From positions 1 through 64,000 of IMG/VR virus record IMGVR_UViG_3300028549_003662: a stretch of 64,000 nt of DNA; one strand, 5' to 3'. Shown one piece after another: positions 9,143 through 17,967 of the stretch. Numbering within the stretch: the first letter of the stretch is position 1; each line of letters opens with the position of its first letter. Under the pieces are notes generated by a model that made no database searches, was not told where the DNA came from, and saw only the letters and a program-made list of their open reading frames with translations. A program made the position numbers and the translations under genes. This stretch comes from a virus.

Positions 9143-9253
9143 TCCGTAAGCTCCTGGGGTTAGGGGTTTTCGCCATGAGGGCGGGAGGCGGTCGGTCGCT
9201 TTCCGCCCTTCCCTGTATCTGGCGTCCGCTAACCCTTACGGACACCGTGGCGA
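9143..9253 (-). promoter_or_regulatory. Structured 5' leader (three-way junction with alternative SD-sequestering pairing)
   Basis: Stems 9170-76/9247-53, 9221-28/9239-46, 9178-90/9197-9209; 9229-9242 complementary to both flanks of the SD. Confidence 0.5.
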
Positions 9254-9265
9254 CTACGTTGGGCA

Positions 9266-9296
9266 CATTTACATACTTGATAGGCACTTTGTCAAC
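9266..9296 (-). promoter_or_regulatory. Promoter for initiator-like gene
   Basis: GTTGACAA; TTGACA-18 bp-TAAATG. Confidence 0.55.
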
Positions 9297-9337
9297 CTTT
9301 TAAAAAATTAATGTTCGTCGGCTCATCTAAAATGGTG

Positions 9338-9372
9338 TTGACAACTCCTCGTACACGGCGTAAATATACGGC
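9338..9372 (+). promoter_or_regulatory. Promoter for resolvase-recA operon
   Basis: TTGACA-17 bp-TAAATA-TACGGC. Confidence 0.7.
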
Positions 9373-9418
9373 TGTTTTGTTGATGTAGCCACTTTCGGGC
9401 TGTAGGAGTTTTCAAGCA

Positions 9419-9982
9419 ATGAGCAACCTTCGCGTCATGGGGATCGACCCCGGCGTCACCGGCGGTATTTCCTTGTTCGGAGTCGATGACGGCAGCTACG
9501 CCGTGATTGCGATGCCGCACTCCAATGAGGAAGTCGCACTCACCATCCAGCGCTTGTCTCGGCGCTGGAACATCGTCATGGCCGGTATTGAACGCGTGCA
9601 GAGCATGCCCAACAACGCCGCTGCCGCGATGCTCAGTTACGGAAAGCATAGCGGGTTCATCGAGTGCGCGTGCCTGCTTCTCAACATCCCCCTGCGGAGC
9701 TTCGTCCCGATGTCGTGGCAGAAGACCGTCACCGGACTTCTCGCTGAGCGCCCGAAGCCTCCAGAGAAGAAGGGTGTCGCGAAAGCGCAGCTCGCCGACA
9801 TTGAGAAGGCGCACAAGGCTGCGCTGGCCGCGCACCGCAAAGCCACCAAGGCGCGTAGCATCCAGATCGCGAAGTCCAGGTACCCGAACTGCGCCCGGCA
9901 ACTCGGCGCGCAGAACAAGGACGGCCTCGCGGACGCTTTGCACATCGGGCGCTACGCGTTGTCGCTGTACCGCGAGGGGTAA
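9419..9982 (+). CDS. ruvC: RuvC-like Holliday junction resolvase
   Basis: VMGIDPGVTGG, GIERV, P..WQK, DGLADAL. Confidence 0.85.
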   Translation: MSNLRVMGIDPGVTGGISLFGVDDGSYAVIAMPHSNEEVALTIQRLSRRWNIVMAGIERVQSMPNNAAAAMLSYGKHSGFIECACLLLNIPLRSFVPMSWQKTVTGLLAERPKPPEKKGVAKAQLADIEKAHKAALAAHRKATKARSIQIAKSRYPNCARQLGAQNKDGLADALHIGRYALSLYREG

Positions 9983-9985
9983 GCT

Positions 9986-10315
9986 GTGAGCCGCTTCGAG
10001 ACCATTCATGGATACACATCCATCAGAGATGAGCTCTTGGAGTGCTGCATGTGCACCGTGTTATCCCGCAGAGTTTCTTGGAAAGGCTATATCAACCCAA
10101 TAATACACTCTGAGATTACAAGTATGACGCTGTCTCCGAGTGGTGAGACTTTGTACATAAGCGACGCTCTGTACGATGCAATCGAAAGTACGCATCTCGG
10201 AATGTGGGCGTGCTTCATTCCAGGTACAGACCGCGACATGAAGGGGCTGATACCGAAGCCGCGGCGGGTGTACAAAGAGATACTGGAAAAGTTGGATAAA
10301 GAGTTCTGGACATGA
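9986..10315 (+). CDS. Hypothetical protein (AT-richer)
   Basis: 109 aa, GTG start, GAGG RBS. Confidence 0.6.
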   Translation: MSRFETIHGYTSIRDELLECCMCTVLSRRVSWKGYINPIIHSEITSMTLSPSGETLYISDALYDAIESTHLGMWACFIPGTDRDMKGLIPKPRRVYKEILEKLDKEFWT

Positions 10316-10348
10316 TCGACGGCAGATACAAACAGGAGGCTACATCAG

Positions 10349-11506
10349 ATGAAGATTGATCCCAAGATGATCGCGGCGCTGCGCCGCACGTACAGCAATC
10401 CTTTTGACACTGATGGCCGCGGTGATGTTGTCAGCACCGGTGTCGCCGGGCTCGACCTCATCATGCAGGGCGGGTTCAACTTCGGCAGCGTCCACGAATG
10501 CTTTGGCTTGTCGAAGACCGGAAAGTCGCTCATCATGCAGCTTTGCGCCAGGAAGGCGCAGCAGACCTACGAGGACTGCATCGTTGTCATCCTTGACCGC
10601 GAGAACGCCTACGACCCCGCGCGCACTCTCAGCCTGGGCCTGGACCCCGATCGCACCGTCATCATCCCGTCGCGCAAGATTCCTTTCGTTGAGGACTGCT
10701 ATATCGCCATCCTGGAGACCATGTACATCATTGAGGCCAGTGTTGACGGTGACAAGAAGAGTGAGAGCGAGGACGAAACTTTGGATGCCGGCGCCAAGGG
10801 CGGCAAGTCCTCGAAGGGCATCGGCCGCAACTTCCGCAAGACCAAGAGCCCGCACATCGTCTTCCTCATCGACTCCATGCCGGCGTTCGCCGAATCCGAG
10901 AACTACGTCGAGGACATGGGCCGCCGCGCCAAGGCGTGGCATGCCGTGTTCCGCCGCCTCATGGCCGCCCTCGACCCCCGCGTCATGATTATGGTGAGCA
11001 ACCACATCATCTACAAGCCCACCGCTTACGGCGACGGCGAGTCCAAGACCACCGGCATCGCCATCAATTACTACCGCGACTGCGGCATCAAGCTCTCCAA
11101 GCTGTGGAAGATCTTCGACGCCAACGGTGTCGTCGTCGGGGAATGGCTGGGTGCAGAGACCGACAAGACCCGTCGCGGCGCCATGTACGCCGCCACGATG
11201 TTCCCGGTGTTCTTCAACAGCACGCCGACCAGCTACTTCACCGGCATCCTCCCGTACTGCCAGTACCTCGGACTCGCCGAGCTCGCCAACAAGACGGGTT
11301 GGGAGAAGGACCGCGGCAAGAAGAACATTTGGCCCAACTACCGCATGTGCGACAAGGCCATCAGCGAGCGCGACCCTGCGGCGCTCGAAGCGTTCTGTAA
11401 AGAGCACAACGTCTTTGAGCTCATCAAGGCCAAGGAGTCCGATGTCTACAAGAGCGTGAAGGTCGCTCCCGTCACAACCCCGGTGGAGGAGGTTGCGCAG
11501 AAATGA
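10349..11506 (+). CDS. recA: RecA/UvsX-like recombinase
   Basis: STG..GLD...GG, Walker A FGLSKTGKS, DRENAYD, FLIDS. Confidence 0.9.
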   Translation: MKIDPKMIAALRRTYSNPFDTDGRGDVVSTGVAGLDLIMQGGFNFGSVHECFGLSKTGKSLIMQLCARKAQQTYEDCIVVILDRENAYDPARTLSLGLDPDRTVIIPSRKIPFVEDCYIAILETMYIIEASVDGDKKSESEDETLDAGAKGGKSSKGIGRNFRKTKSPHIVFLIDSMPAFAESENYVEDMGRRAKAWHAVFRRLMAALDPRVMIMVSNHIIYKPTAYGDGESKTTGIAINYYRDCGIKLSKLWKIFDANGVVVGEWLGAETDKTRRGAMYAATMFPVFFNSTPTSYFTGILPYCQYLGLAELANKTGWEKDRGKKNIWPNYRMCDKAISERDPAALEAFCKEHNVFELIKAKESDVYKSVKVAPVTTPVEEVAQK

Positions 11507-12249
11507 GCAAGCACGTCGACCTGCGGGTGCTTGAATACGACGCGCGGTTCCTCGCGGCGCTCAAGGACTTCTCCGACGACTACGTCGACGAGCCGGAGAG
11601 TAGCATCCTTGCTGTCGCAGAGCCCGACGTCGCCGTAAAGGTGTGGCAGTCCGCCAACCGTTGGGTGGACAGCGGAGCCGCCTGGGGGAGCAACATCCCC
11701 GGCATTGCTGTTGACTGTGTGGGGAGCGCGCTTGCTGTGGCCATTGAAGCCAAGGTCATCAACATCCCGGCGGCTGTGCGCCAGGTCGCGATGTCGGCGC
11801 GTTCCCGCAGCGGTGAGCTCACAGAGTCCGCCTCGGTGCTCAATCGACGCATGCAGGCCTTCTTGATGTACACGGCGATGAAGTGCACAGCCCCTGGCGT
11901 TCTTGTCGTTCCGGTGGCGAACCCAACTAAGGTGTACCCGCTGGACATCTTCATCACCCCTTACACCCTTGTCGCCAACGGGCACGTCATCATGCCGCAC
12001 GCGATGGTTTGTGTGCGTGAGAACAAGTTCCTCACGGCCAACCAGGGTACGGGGACGCTGCAGCTCGTGGAGATCGACAAGGCCGACGGGCTGACGCAGA
12101 ACTTTGAGCTCCCTGGCGACGATTTCGTTGCCGCCTTTGTCCTGCGGTTTCGCAGGATGGTGGCTGACGACATGTACATCCTGCACAAGCACAGGATTTT
12201 GTCGACAGCCCTGACTTACTACGCGGAAATGCGAGGTCTTAATATTTGA
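11503..12249 (+). CDS. Hypothetical protein
   Basis: 248 aa, ATGA overlap with recA, GGAGG RBS. Confidence 0.75.
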   Translation: MSKHVDLRVLEYDARFLAALKDFSDDYVDEPESSILAVAEPDVAVKVWQSANRWVDSGAAWGSNIPGIAVDCVGSALAVAIEAKVINIPAAVRQVAMSARSRSGELTESASVLNRRMQAFLMYTAMKCTAPGVLVVPVANPTKVYPLDIFITPYTLVANGHVIMPHAMVCVRENKFLTANQGTGTLQLVEIDKADGLTQNFELPGDDFVAAFVLRFRRMVADDMYILHKHRILSTALTYYAEMRGLNI

Positions 12250-12268
12250 AGGTTCGTCAACTTTCGTG

Positions 12269-12302
12269 TTGACAATCTGTCGAAACGCCCGTATCTTTTC
12301 GG
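12269..12302 (+). promoter_or_regulatory. Promoter for SSB operon
   Basis: TTGACA-17 bp-TATCTT-TTCGG. Confidence 0.7.
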
Positions 12303-12365
12303 TCATCGGATGAGTGCCTGATAGTTGCCAGATTGGATAAACACTAACCGCAAAGAGAGGTCATC

Positions 12366-13169
12366 ATGGCTGGTTGGAATGGTGCAGACGATTTCAAGAA
12401 GAAGCTCGGCGGCAAGGGCGAAAGCGTCCCCTGCATGTACAAGATGTTCGGCATCGACGGGTGCCCGCATTGCGCGAAGGCGAAGGCGCTCTTCGACGAG
12501 AAGAAGGACGATGAGGGGCGTAAGGTCTACTTCAAGAAGCAGATCTACGCGCTCATCCACATGATCGAGTGCCCCGACACCGGGAAGAACAACAAGATCC
12601 TGCTTTCCGCGCTGCCTTCGCGCCAGGTCGAGCACGTTCTCAAGAAGGTGCAGGAGACCGATCCCGATACCCGCTGGAGCACCCCCACGGATCTCGCCAC
12701 CGGCCGCATGCTCGTGCTGAGCAAGGACAAGGGCAACGACGAGTACCCCGTGTACGGCATCGACATGATCGACAAGGTTCTCCCGCTCGACCCCGCGTGG
12801 TGGGAAGCGACCAAGGTTGCGCTCCCGCGCGTCGATGACTTGCTGAGCCTGCTGCGCGCGGTGAAGACCTTCGACGCCGCGAACTGCTTCTCCCCCACTG
12901 CGGACATGAAGGAAGGCACCAAGGCCAAGTTCCGCTTGCTGCCGGTGCCCTTCGATGAGAACGCCGTTCCCTTCGGCTGCTTGCTCATGCACTACGTCCC
13001 GGCGCTCACTCCCTGGGACAAGGCCTGGGCGGACGTCCAGTTCGATCCGCAGCGCCACGCTGAAGTGCTGCGCGCCATCGGCAACCAGGGTCCGGGCTGT
13101 GCCGAAGACGAGGCCCCCGGAATCGGCGGCATGCCCGGCATGCCCGGCGCTCCCGGCCGTCCCTGGTAA
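12366..13169 (+). CDS. gp32-like single-stranded DNA-binding protein (apparently circularly permuted)
   Basis: C-x9-CPHC Zn motif, PTDLATGRMLVLSK, and KFRLLP...PF....HY placed at the C-terminus. Confidence 0.7.
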   Translation: MAGWNGADDFKKKLGGKGESVPCMYKMFGIDGCPHCAKAKALFDEKKDDEGRKVYFKKQIYALIHMIECPDTGKNNKILLSALPSRQVEHVLKKVQETDPDTRWSTPTDLATGRMLVLSKDKGNDEYPVYGIDMIDKVLPLDPAWWEATKVALPRVDDLLSLLRAVKTFDAANCFSPTADMKEGTKAKFRLLPVPFDENAVPFGCLLMHYVPALTPWDKAWADVQFDPQRHAEVLRAIGNQGPGCAEDEAPGIGGMPGMPGAPGRPW

Positions 13170-13250
13170 GCATCCGTTTTAAGGGGGCGGCTGCATACGT
13201 GGCCGCCCCCACAACCCAATCTTCAGAAAACAAAACAAAAGGATGAACTC

Positions 13251-14147
13251 ATGAGCACGCGTACTTGTGGTAATTGCGTCAATAAGGCTGTTTGCGGCGC
13301 TGTGTCCGATGATGACACCCCGGAAAGCATGATGTGCGAGGACTGGACGGATGCTGCCGCCGCTGGCCAGCAGAATGTGGCCGCCCAGGCTCCCGTGACC
13401 CCCGCTGCGCCCCCGGCCGCGCCTCCCGCTGCTGCGCCCCAGGCCCCTGTGGCTCCTGCTGCGCCGCCTGCTGCGCCCCCGGCCGCCGCTCCTCCTGCTG
13501 CGCCTCCCGTGCAGACGCCGCCTCCTGCCGCGCCGCCTGCCGCTCCCGGAAACCGCATGGCCACTCCCCAGGAGTTGCCGGATACGCCGCCCCCGGCCGC
13601 GCCTCCCGCCGCCACTCCCCCGGCCACCCCGCCCGTGCAGACGCCTCCCCCGGCTGTGCCACCCACGGACAACGAGTCCCCGGACATGGAATGGAACCCG
13701 TTCACCGCCGAAGTCATGACGCGGTACGTCAAGCCCAAGGTGCTGCGCCTGCAGTTGGAAGCCCAGCGGCTCGGCCTGGACCTTACCGGGATCTCCGGCG
13801 CCAAGGCCTTGCACGAGACCATCAAGAGCTACCAGCCCGCGGCCCAGGCTCCGGTCCAGGCCCCTGCTGCACCTCCCGTGCAGACGCCGCCCCCGGTTCA
13901 GGCTCCGGTCCAGGCCCCTGCTGCACTTCCCGTGCAGACGCCGCCCCCGGCCGCCGCTCCCGCACTGGTTCCGCAGACGTTCAAGGATAACGCGGCTGTC
14001 GCCATGTCCTTCAAGAACTGCGGCGGCAATGCCGCTGCTGCGGCGCTGTTCGGCGTCGGTGACATGCTGCACGCCCTGGAGGTGCAGATCGCTGAGATGC
14101 GCGGCGCCTACAATGCCGCCATGCGCGTCCTTGAAGCCGGCGAGTAG
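13251..14147 (+). CDS. Pro/Ala-rich low-complexity protein with N-terminal Cys4 module
   Basis: CGNC-x5-C-x13-C, long PAAPP tracts, small helical middle domain. Confidence 0.75.
   Translation: MSTRTCGNCVNKAVCGAVSDDDTPESMMCEDWTDAAAAGQQNVAAQAPVTPAAPPAAPPAAAPQAPVAPAAPPAAPPAAAPPAAPPVQTPPPAAPPAAPGNRMATPQELPDTPPPAAPPAATPPATPPVQTPPPAVPPTDNESPDMEWNPFTAEVMTRYVKPKVLRLQLEAQRLGLDLTGISGAKALHETIKSYQPAAQAPVQAPAAPPVQTPPPVQAPVQAPAALPVQTPPPAAAPALVPQTFKDNAAVAMSFKNCGGNAAAAALFGVGDMLHALEVQIAEMRGAYNAAMRVLEAGE
13845..13950 (+). repeat. 54-bp tandem direct repeat (QAPVQAPAAPPVQTPPP) x2
   Basis: CAGGCTCCGGTCCAGGCCCCTGCTGCAC... at 13845 and 13899. Confidence 0.85.
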
Positions 14148-14175
14148 ACACGCGGCCACAGCGTAGAGTGATTCA

Positions 14176-14211
14176 ACGGGGCTGCAGGGATTTGTTTTCT
14201 TGCAGCCCCGT
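14176..14211 (+). terminator. Intergenic stem-loop (terminator or mRNA stabiliser)
   Basis: ACGGGGCTGCAGGGA/TCTTGCAGCCCCGT; similar hairpins at 6605-6629 and 13183-13210. Confidence 0.55.
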
Positions 14212-14233
14212 ATAAATTTCAGAGGGTGGCGCG

Positions 14234-14581
14234 ATGGACGACGACAGACGCAGGTTGCTTGAGGGTCTCCTTACGGAGATCGTGTCCGACCTGGCGCAGC
14301 CTCCTCAGATAGTTCCAATCCCGACGTCAGAGCACGAACTCGTACTCATCAAGACGTTTGTTCGCAGAGACACAGTTCGGCTGCTCAACGCCCTTGCGGA
14401 AACCTACGGGGTGAGGCGGGCAAAAATGGTGAGGTGTATCTTAAATGCCGTGGGGAAATACTTGGACAAGGCAACTCAAGGAGTCGATAGAGCGGCATTA
14501 CTCAGCGACGTTCGGTCGCGAGTTGGTAGTGGATGCGGTGGCGCTGGAGGAGTTCCTGCAGTCGAAAAAGCTGAAGACTGA
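14234..14581 (+). CDS. Ribbon-helix-helix-like DNA-binding protein
   Basis: LIKTFVRRDTVRLLNALAETYGVRRAKMVRCILN fits RHH pattern. Confidence 0.55.
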   Translation: MDDDRRRLLEGLLTEIVSDLAQPPQIVPIPTSEHELVLIKTFVRRDTVRLLNALAETYGVRRAKMVRCILNAVGKYLDKATQGVDRAALLSDVRSRVGSGCGGAGGVPAVEKAED

Positions 14582-15335
14582 GCAGGCGGCGTTCGCGCAC
14601 TTCTGCCGGGTGATGAAGCACTACAAGGACAAGTATGCTTTTGTTCCGCGCTTCTCGCACTTGCTGTCGGCGAAGATCCCCACTGTGGAGACCACGGGGT
14701 GGGAGGCACGGCTGTATTCGGACTTCCCTGGGTTCTCCCCGGTGGCGTATGTCCCGGCCAAGTCGGCGCTGAACGGTGACGTGGAGTACAGCGGCCTCTT
14801 TGATGCCCACCGCAGTGCATACTTCTTTGAGTTCGCCTGCAGGATCTCGGAGCACCCGCGTCCCTTGTACTGCTACAACGCTGCGTACTTGGTAGAGCGC
14901 CTCATCTTCTCTCTGGCCAAGACGCGCAACCAGACCAGGGACCGGCTTCCTGTGGCCAGAGCAGTGGCGGCGCACGGCATCCTTATGGGGTTGCGCAAGA
15001 GCTCGCGCGACACCAACAAGACGTGGCGGTACGTGCACTTTTCGAAAGCGCTCGTCCGTCATCAAGTAATCCAGCTTTTTGGGCAGTATTTCAACTTCTG
15101 GGAATTGCCCAAAATGCTTATAGACTCTGAGTTTGCTTCACAGATTTTGAATTGCAGGTTGACTCCTGCGCACAGACAAGCTATCTACGATGTGCTTTCC
15201 ACGTATGGGTACACGCACAGGGCTTACCTCCCGTTCATCATCAGAACCAGAGGGAACTACATCCTGCGGTTGGCTTCCGAGAAGTCCGCCTGGGAGAAGA
15301 TGAAGCCCGACTTCGTTTGCGAATACCCATTTTAA
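14445..15335 (+). CDS. Hypothetical protein
   Basis: 296 aa ORF; start uncertain (overlaps previous gene). Confidence 0.65.
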   Translation: MPWGNTWTRQLKESIERHYSATFGRELVVDAVALEEFLQSKKLKTEQAAFAHFCRVMKHYKDKYAFVPRFSHLLSAKIPTVETTGWEARLYSDFPGFSPVAYVPAKSALNGDVEYSGLFDAHRSAYFFEFACRISEHPRPLYCYNAAYLVERLIFSLAKTRNQTRDRLPVARAVAAHGILMGLRKSSRDTNKTWRYVHFSKALVRHQVIQLFGQYFNFWELPKMLIDSEFASQILNCRLTPAHRQAIYDVLSTYGYTHRAYLPFIIRTRGNYILRLASEKSAWEKMKPDFVCEYPF

Positions 15336-15356
15336 AGTGTTCAACGTAACGGAGGC

Positions 15357-15596
15357 ATGATGGGACCGGAATTCATCGCGTATGCTGTTCCTGAAACAGG
15401 GGATGACCTGTTTTCAGAGATGATGCGCTACTACTGGCAGTTTACGCTCAGCGACCGCGTCATCAGTGAGGACTTTGCTGCACGTTTCAAGGACGGGCTC
15501 ATGAACGGCGCCAGGTCGCTACGTCACATACCAGAGGGCGGTATGCGCGCGGCAGTGCTGTGGTTCCGCTTGCTGTACGGAGAGCTTGATGGATAG
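15357..15596 (+). CDS. Hypothetical protein
   Basis: 79 aa, GGAGG RBS. Confidence 0.65.
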   Translation: MMGPEFIAYAVPETGDDLFSEMMRYYWQFTLSDRVISEDFAARFKDGLMNGARSLRHIPEGGMRAAVLWFRLLYGELDG

Positions 15597-17328
15597 CCCG
15601 CTAGACTTTGTGAAAGATCAGAAGTGGGAGCACCGCATGGAGGGCGACCAGATCGTCGTCAAGGAATGCCCGCTCTGCCACTCCGACGATTTCAAGTTCT
15701 ACATGAACGTGAAGACGGGCATGTGGGATTGCAAGCACCTTAACAAGCACGGGGGCAACCTCAAGTCGCATGGGAACATACACGGGCTTCGTAAGGCGCT
15801 CGGCCTGACATCCGACGTGAAGACGGCTGCTGTGGATGAGAAGTTCCGTCCGCTCGGCTACAGCGAGCACAACATGGTGGAGCAGGCCCACCTGCGCCTG
15901 ATTGGCAACCCCATGTACAAGCAGACGCTCATGGATGAGTGGAACATCACCGAGGAAGCCATCCGGCATTTCAAGCTCGGCATCAAGCAGCGCCACGACA
16001 ACCGCATGTGGCTGGTACAGCCGCACTTTGTCGACATCGGTGATGGGGAAGGCGAGCGCCTGTACTGCATCAAGTACAAGACGTGGTTTGGTGAGAAGAA
16101 GGAGTTCGCGCGCGAGACCGGTGCGGCGTCGGTGCTTCTGAACGAGAGCCTGTTGCATTCCAAGGAGCCCATAAAGCAAGTAGTGCTGTGTGAGGGCGAG
16201 AAGGACGGCATCGTGGCCTGGAGCAACGGTGTCAAGAACATTATCGGCATGACCGGCGGCGCAGGCACGCTCAAAGGGCGCTGGTTCGATCTGCTGGAGC
16301 GCGTCGAGGAGATCATCGTCGCGTACGATGGTGACATCGCTGGTGCTGAGGGGACGCAGAAGCTCATCCAGCGCCTGGGGGTGCACCGCGTGAAGATTGC
16401 GGAGATCCCTGCCGGTGAGGACGTTGCGGACGTTGTGGCCAAGTACGGCCCGGAGCGGCTGCAGACGATCCTGCGGTCGGCCAAGCTGCCAGAGATACCG
16501 AACGTCCATTCCATCGCCGACGTCGCCATGAGCATGCTCACGACGGACCCACCACCGGTCATCCCGACGTACTCCATGCGGCTCAACGACATCCTCAATG
16601 GCGGCTTCCGGTCCCCGCAGCTCATCACGCTGACGGCACCGCCGAAGATCGGCAAGACCAGCTTCGCCATGTCGCTGGGCCTGGACTTCGCCTGCCGCGG
16701 CATCCCCACGCTCAACTACTGCATGGAGATGAGCGAGGAGGACATCACCACGATGGCTTGCGGGATGTACCTCGGCGTGGGGCGCAACCCGACGAAGGCC
16801 GACTACTGGGCGTTCACCCAGGAGGCCAGCCTTCCACTCTTCTTGGGCTTCAAGTCCTCGATAACCGTCGAGGCCCTCATGCAGACTTTCAAGGACGCCT
16901 ACAGCCGGTACGGCCTGGGGATGATAATCTTCGACAACATTCACTATTTGGTGCGTAACGTCTCCGGCCGTGAGGGAAAGGTCGAGGCGATGGAAAACGC
17001 CTACAAGTCGCTGAAGATCATTACCATTGAACTGAAGATACCCATCATCGTCATCGCGCAGCCCAAGAAGATCAACGTCTCCAAGGGTGCAGACATGAAC
17101 TACTACGACGTTGCGTGGTCGAGCGCCGCAGCATCGGACTCCGACACCGTTGTCATCCTGCATCGTGACCGCAGCCAGGACAGTGACCGGTCGTTCTCAC
17201 AGAGCATGATGGTCAAGACGGACGCAGGGCGCTTCACACAGGGCGGCCGGGCTTTTATGCAGTATCGCGAGAAACACGTTTCGTTCCGCGATTTGAGCTA
17301 CGGTGAACAAACCAGCATGGAATCGTAG
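15589..17328 (+). CDS. Primase-helicase (T7 gp4/Twinkle-like)
   Basis: Zn finger CPLC..CKH, TOPRIM CEGEKD and YDGDIAG, SF4 helicase APPKIGKT, IIFDNIH, AQP. Confidence 0.92.
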   Translation: MDSPLDFVKDQKWEHRMEGDQIVVKECPLCHSDDFKFYMNVKTGMWDCKHLNKHGGNLKSHGNIHGLRKALGLTSDVKTAAVDEKFRPLGYSEHNMVEQAHLRLIGNPMYKQTLMDEWNITEEAIRHFKLGIKQRHDNRMWLVQPHFVDIGDGEGERLYCIKYKTWFGEKKEFARETGAASVLLNESLLHSKEPIKQVVLCEGEKDGIVAWSNGVKNIIGMTGGAGTLKGRWFDLLERVEEIIVAYDGDIAGAEGTQKLIQRLGVHRVKIAEIPAGEDVADVVAKYGPERLQTILRSAKLPEIPNVHSIADVAMSMLTTDPPPVIPTYSMRLNDILNGGFRSPQLITLTAPPKIGKTSFAMSLGLDFACRGIPTLNYCMEMSEEDITTMACGMYLGVGRNPTKADYWAFTQEASLPLFLGFKSSITVEALMQTFKDAYSRYGLGMIIFDNIHYLVRNVSGREGKVEAMENAYKSLKIITIELKIPIIVIAQPKKINVSKGADMNYYDVAWSSAAASDSDTVVILHRDRSQDSDRSFSQSMMVKTDAGRFTQGGRAFMQYREKHVSFRDLSYGEQTSMES

Positions 17329-17967
17329 GTGTATGTCATGGTTGTGACTGAAATAGCAGACAATGTAATTGTATTTGAATTCTCACGTGGCGATCATTGG
17401 ACGATAAAAAAGAACATGCGTGTGCGCGTGAAGATGCACGCGCTCCCCGTGGACATCGTAGCAGCTTTCTTTGGCAAAGACACCGATTGGCTTAATGCGA
17501 ATATGGAAGAGGAGCACTACTGCAACGGCAGGACTCCTCGCGAACTCATCGTTGCTTGCAATGATAATAAGGTCTGGGGGTGGTGCGCTTTCGGCAACGA
17601 GTTCACAGAGAGCCTTGTGCATCTCTGGTACGACTTCAACGCGCCTTACGACAGGATCGCTGAAGACGTCATGGAGATGATAGCGCACGAACAAGGCCAT
17701 CTGTATGGTACTCCGCTGACGCGCTACGCCGAAGAAGAGAAGCGTGCGCAGTCTTACGGTCGCATTGCCGTGATAGCTAAGAAGATCACTGCGGTGCTGG
17801 TGCACGAGCCCACGGGCTACGAGAACATGGATTGGAGCGACCTCATGTTCGCGCTGAAGCAGCACACGGAGTTGCTCGTGGATCTCGGCGAGGCCGGTGT
17901 GCACAACTACAGCACGCAGATTGCGGGCATGACGCGTGAGCTGCAGCGCCGGGTAGGTATGGAATGA
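17329..17967 (+). CDS. HExxH zinc metallopeptidase-like protein
   Basis: IAHEQGH followed by EEEKRA; start uncertain. Confidence 0.5.
   Translation: MYVMVVTEIADNVIVFEFSRGDHWTIKKNMRVRVKMHALPVDIVAAFFGKDTDWLNANMEEEHYCNGRTPRELIVACNDNKVWGWCAFGNEFTESLVHLWYDFNAPYDRIAEDVMEMIAHEQGHLYGTPLTRYAEEEKRAQSYGRIAVIAKKITAVLVHEPTGYENMDWSDLMFALKQHTELLVDLGEAGVHNYSTQIAGMTRELQRRVGME

Noticed and set aside
13380-13660. GC-rich short repeats as a possible array or iterons
   Set aside because: They encode the Pro/Ala linker in frame, with synonymous variation
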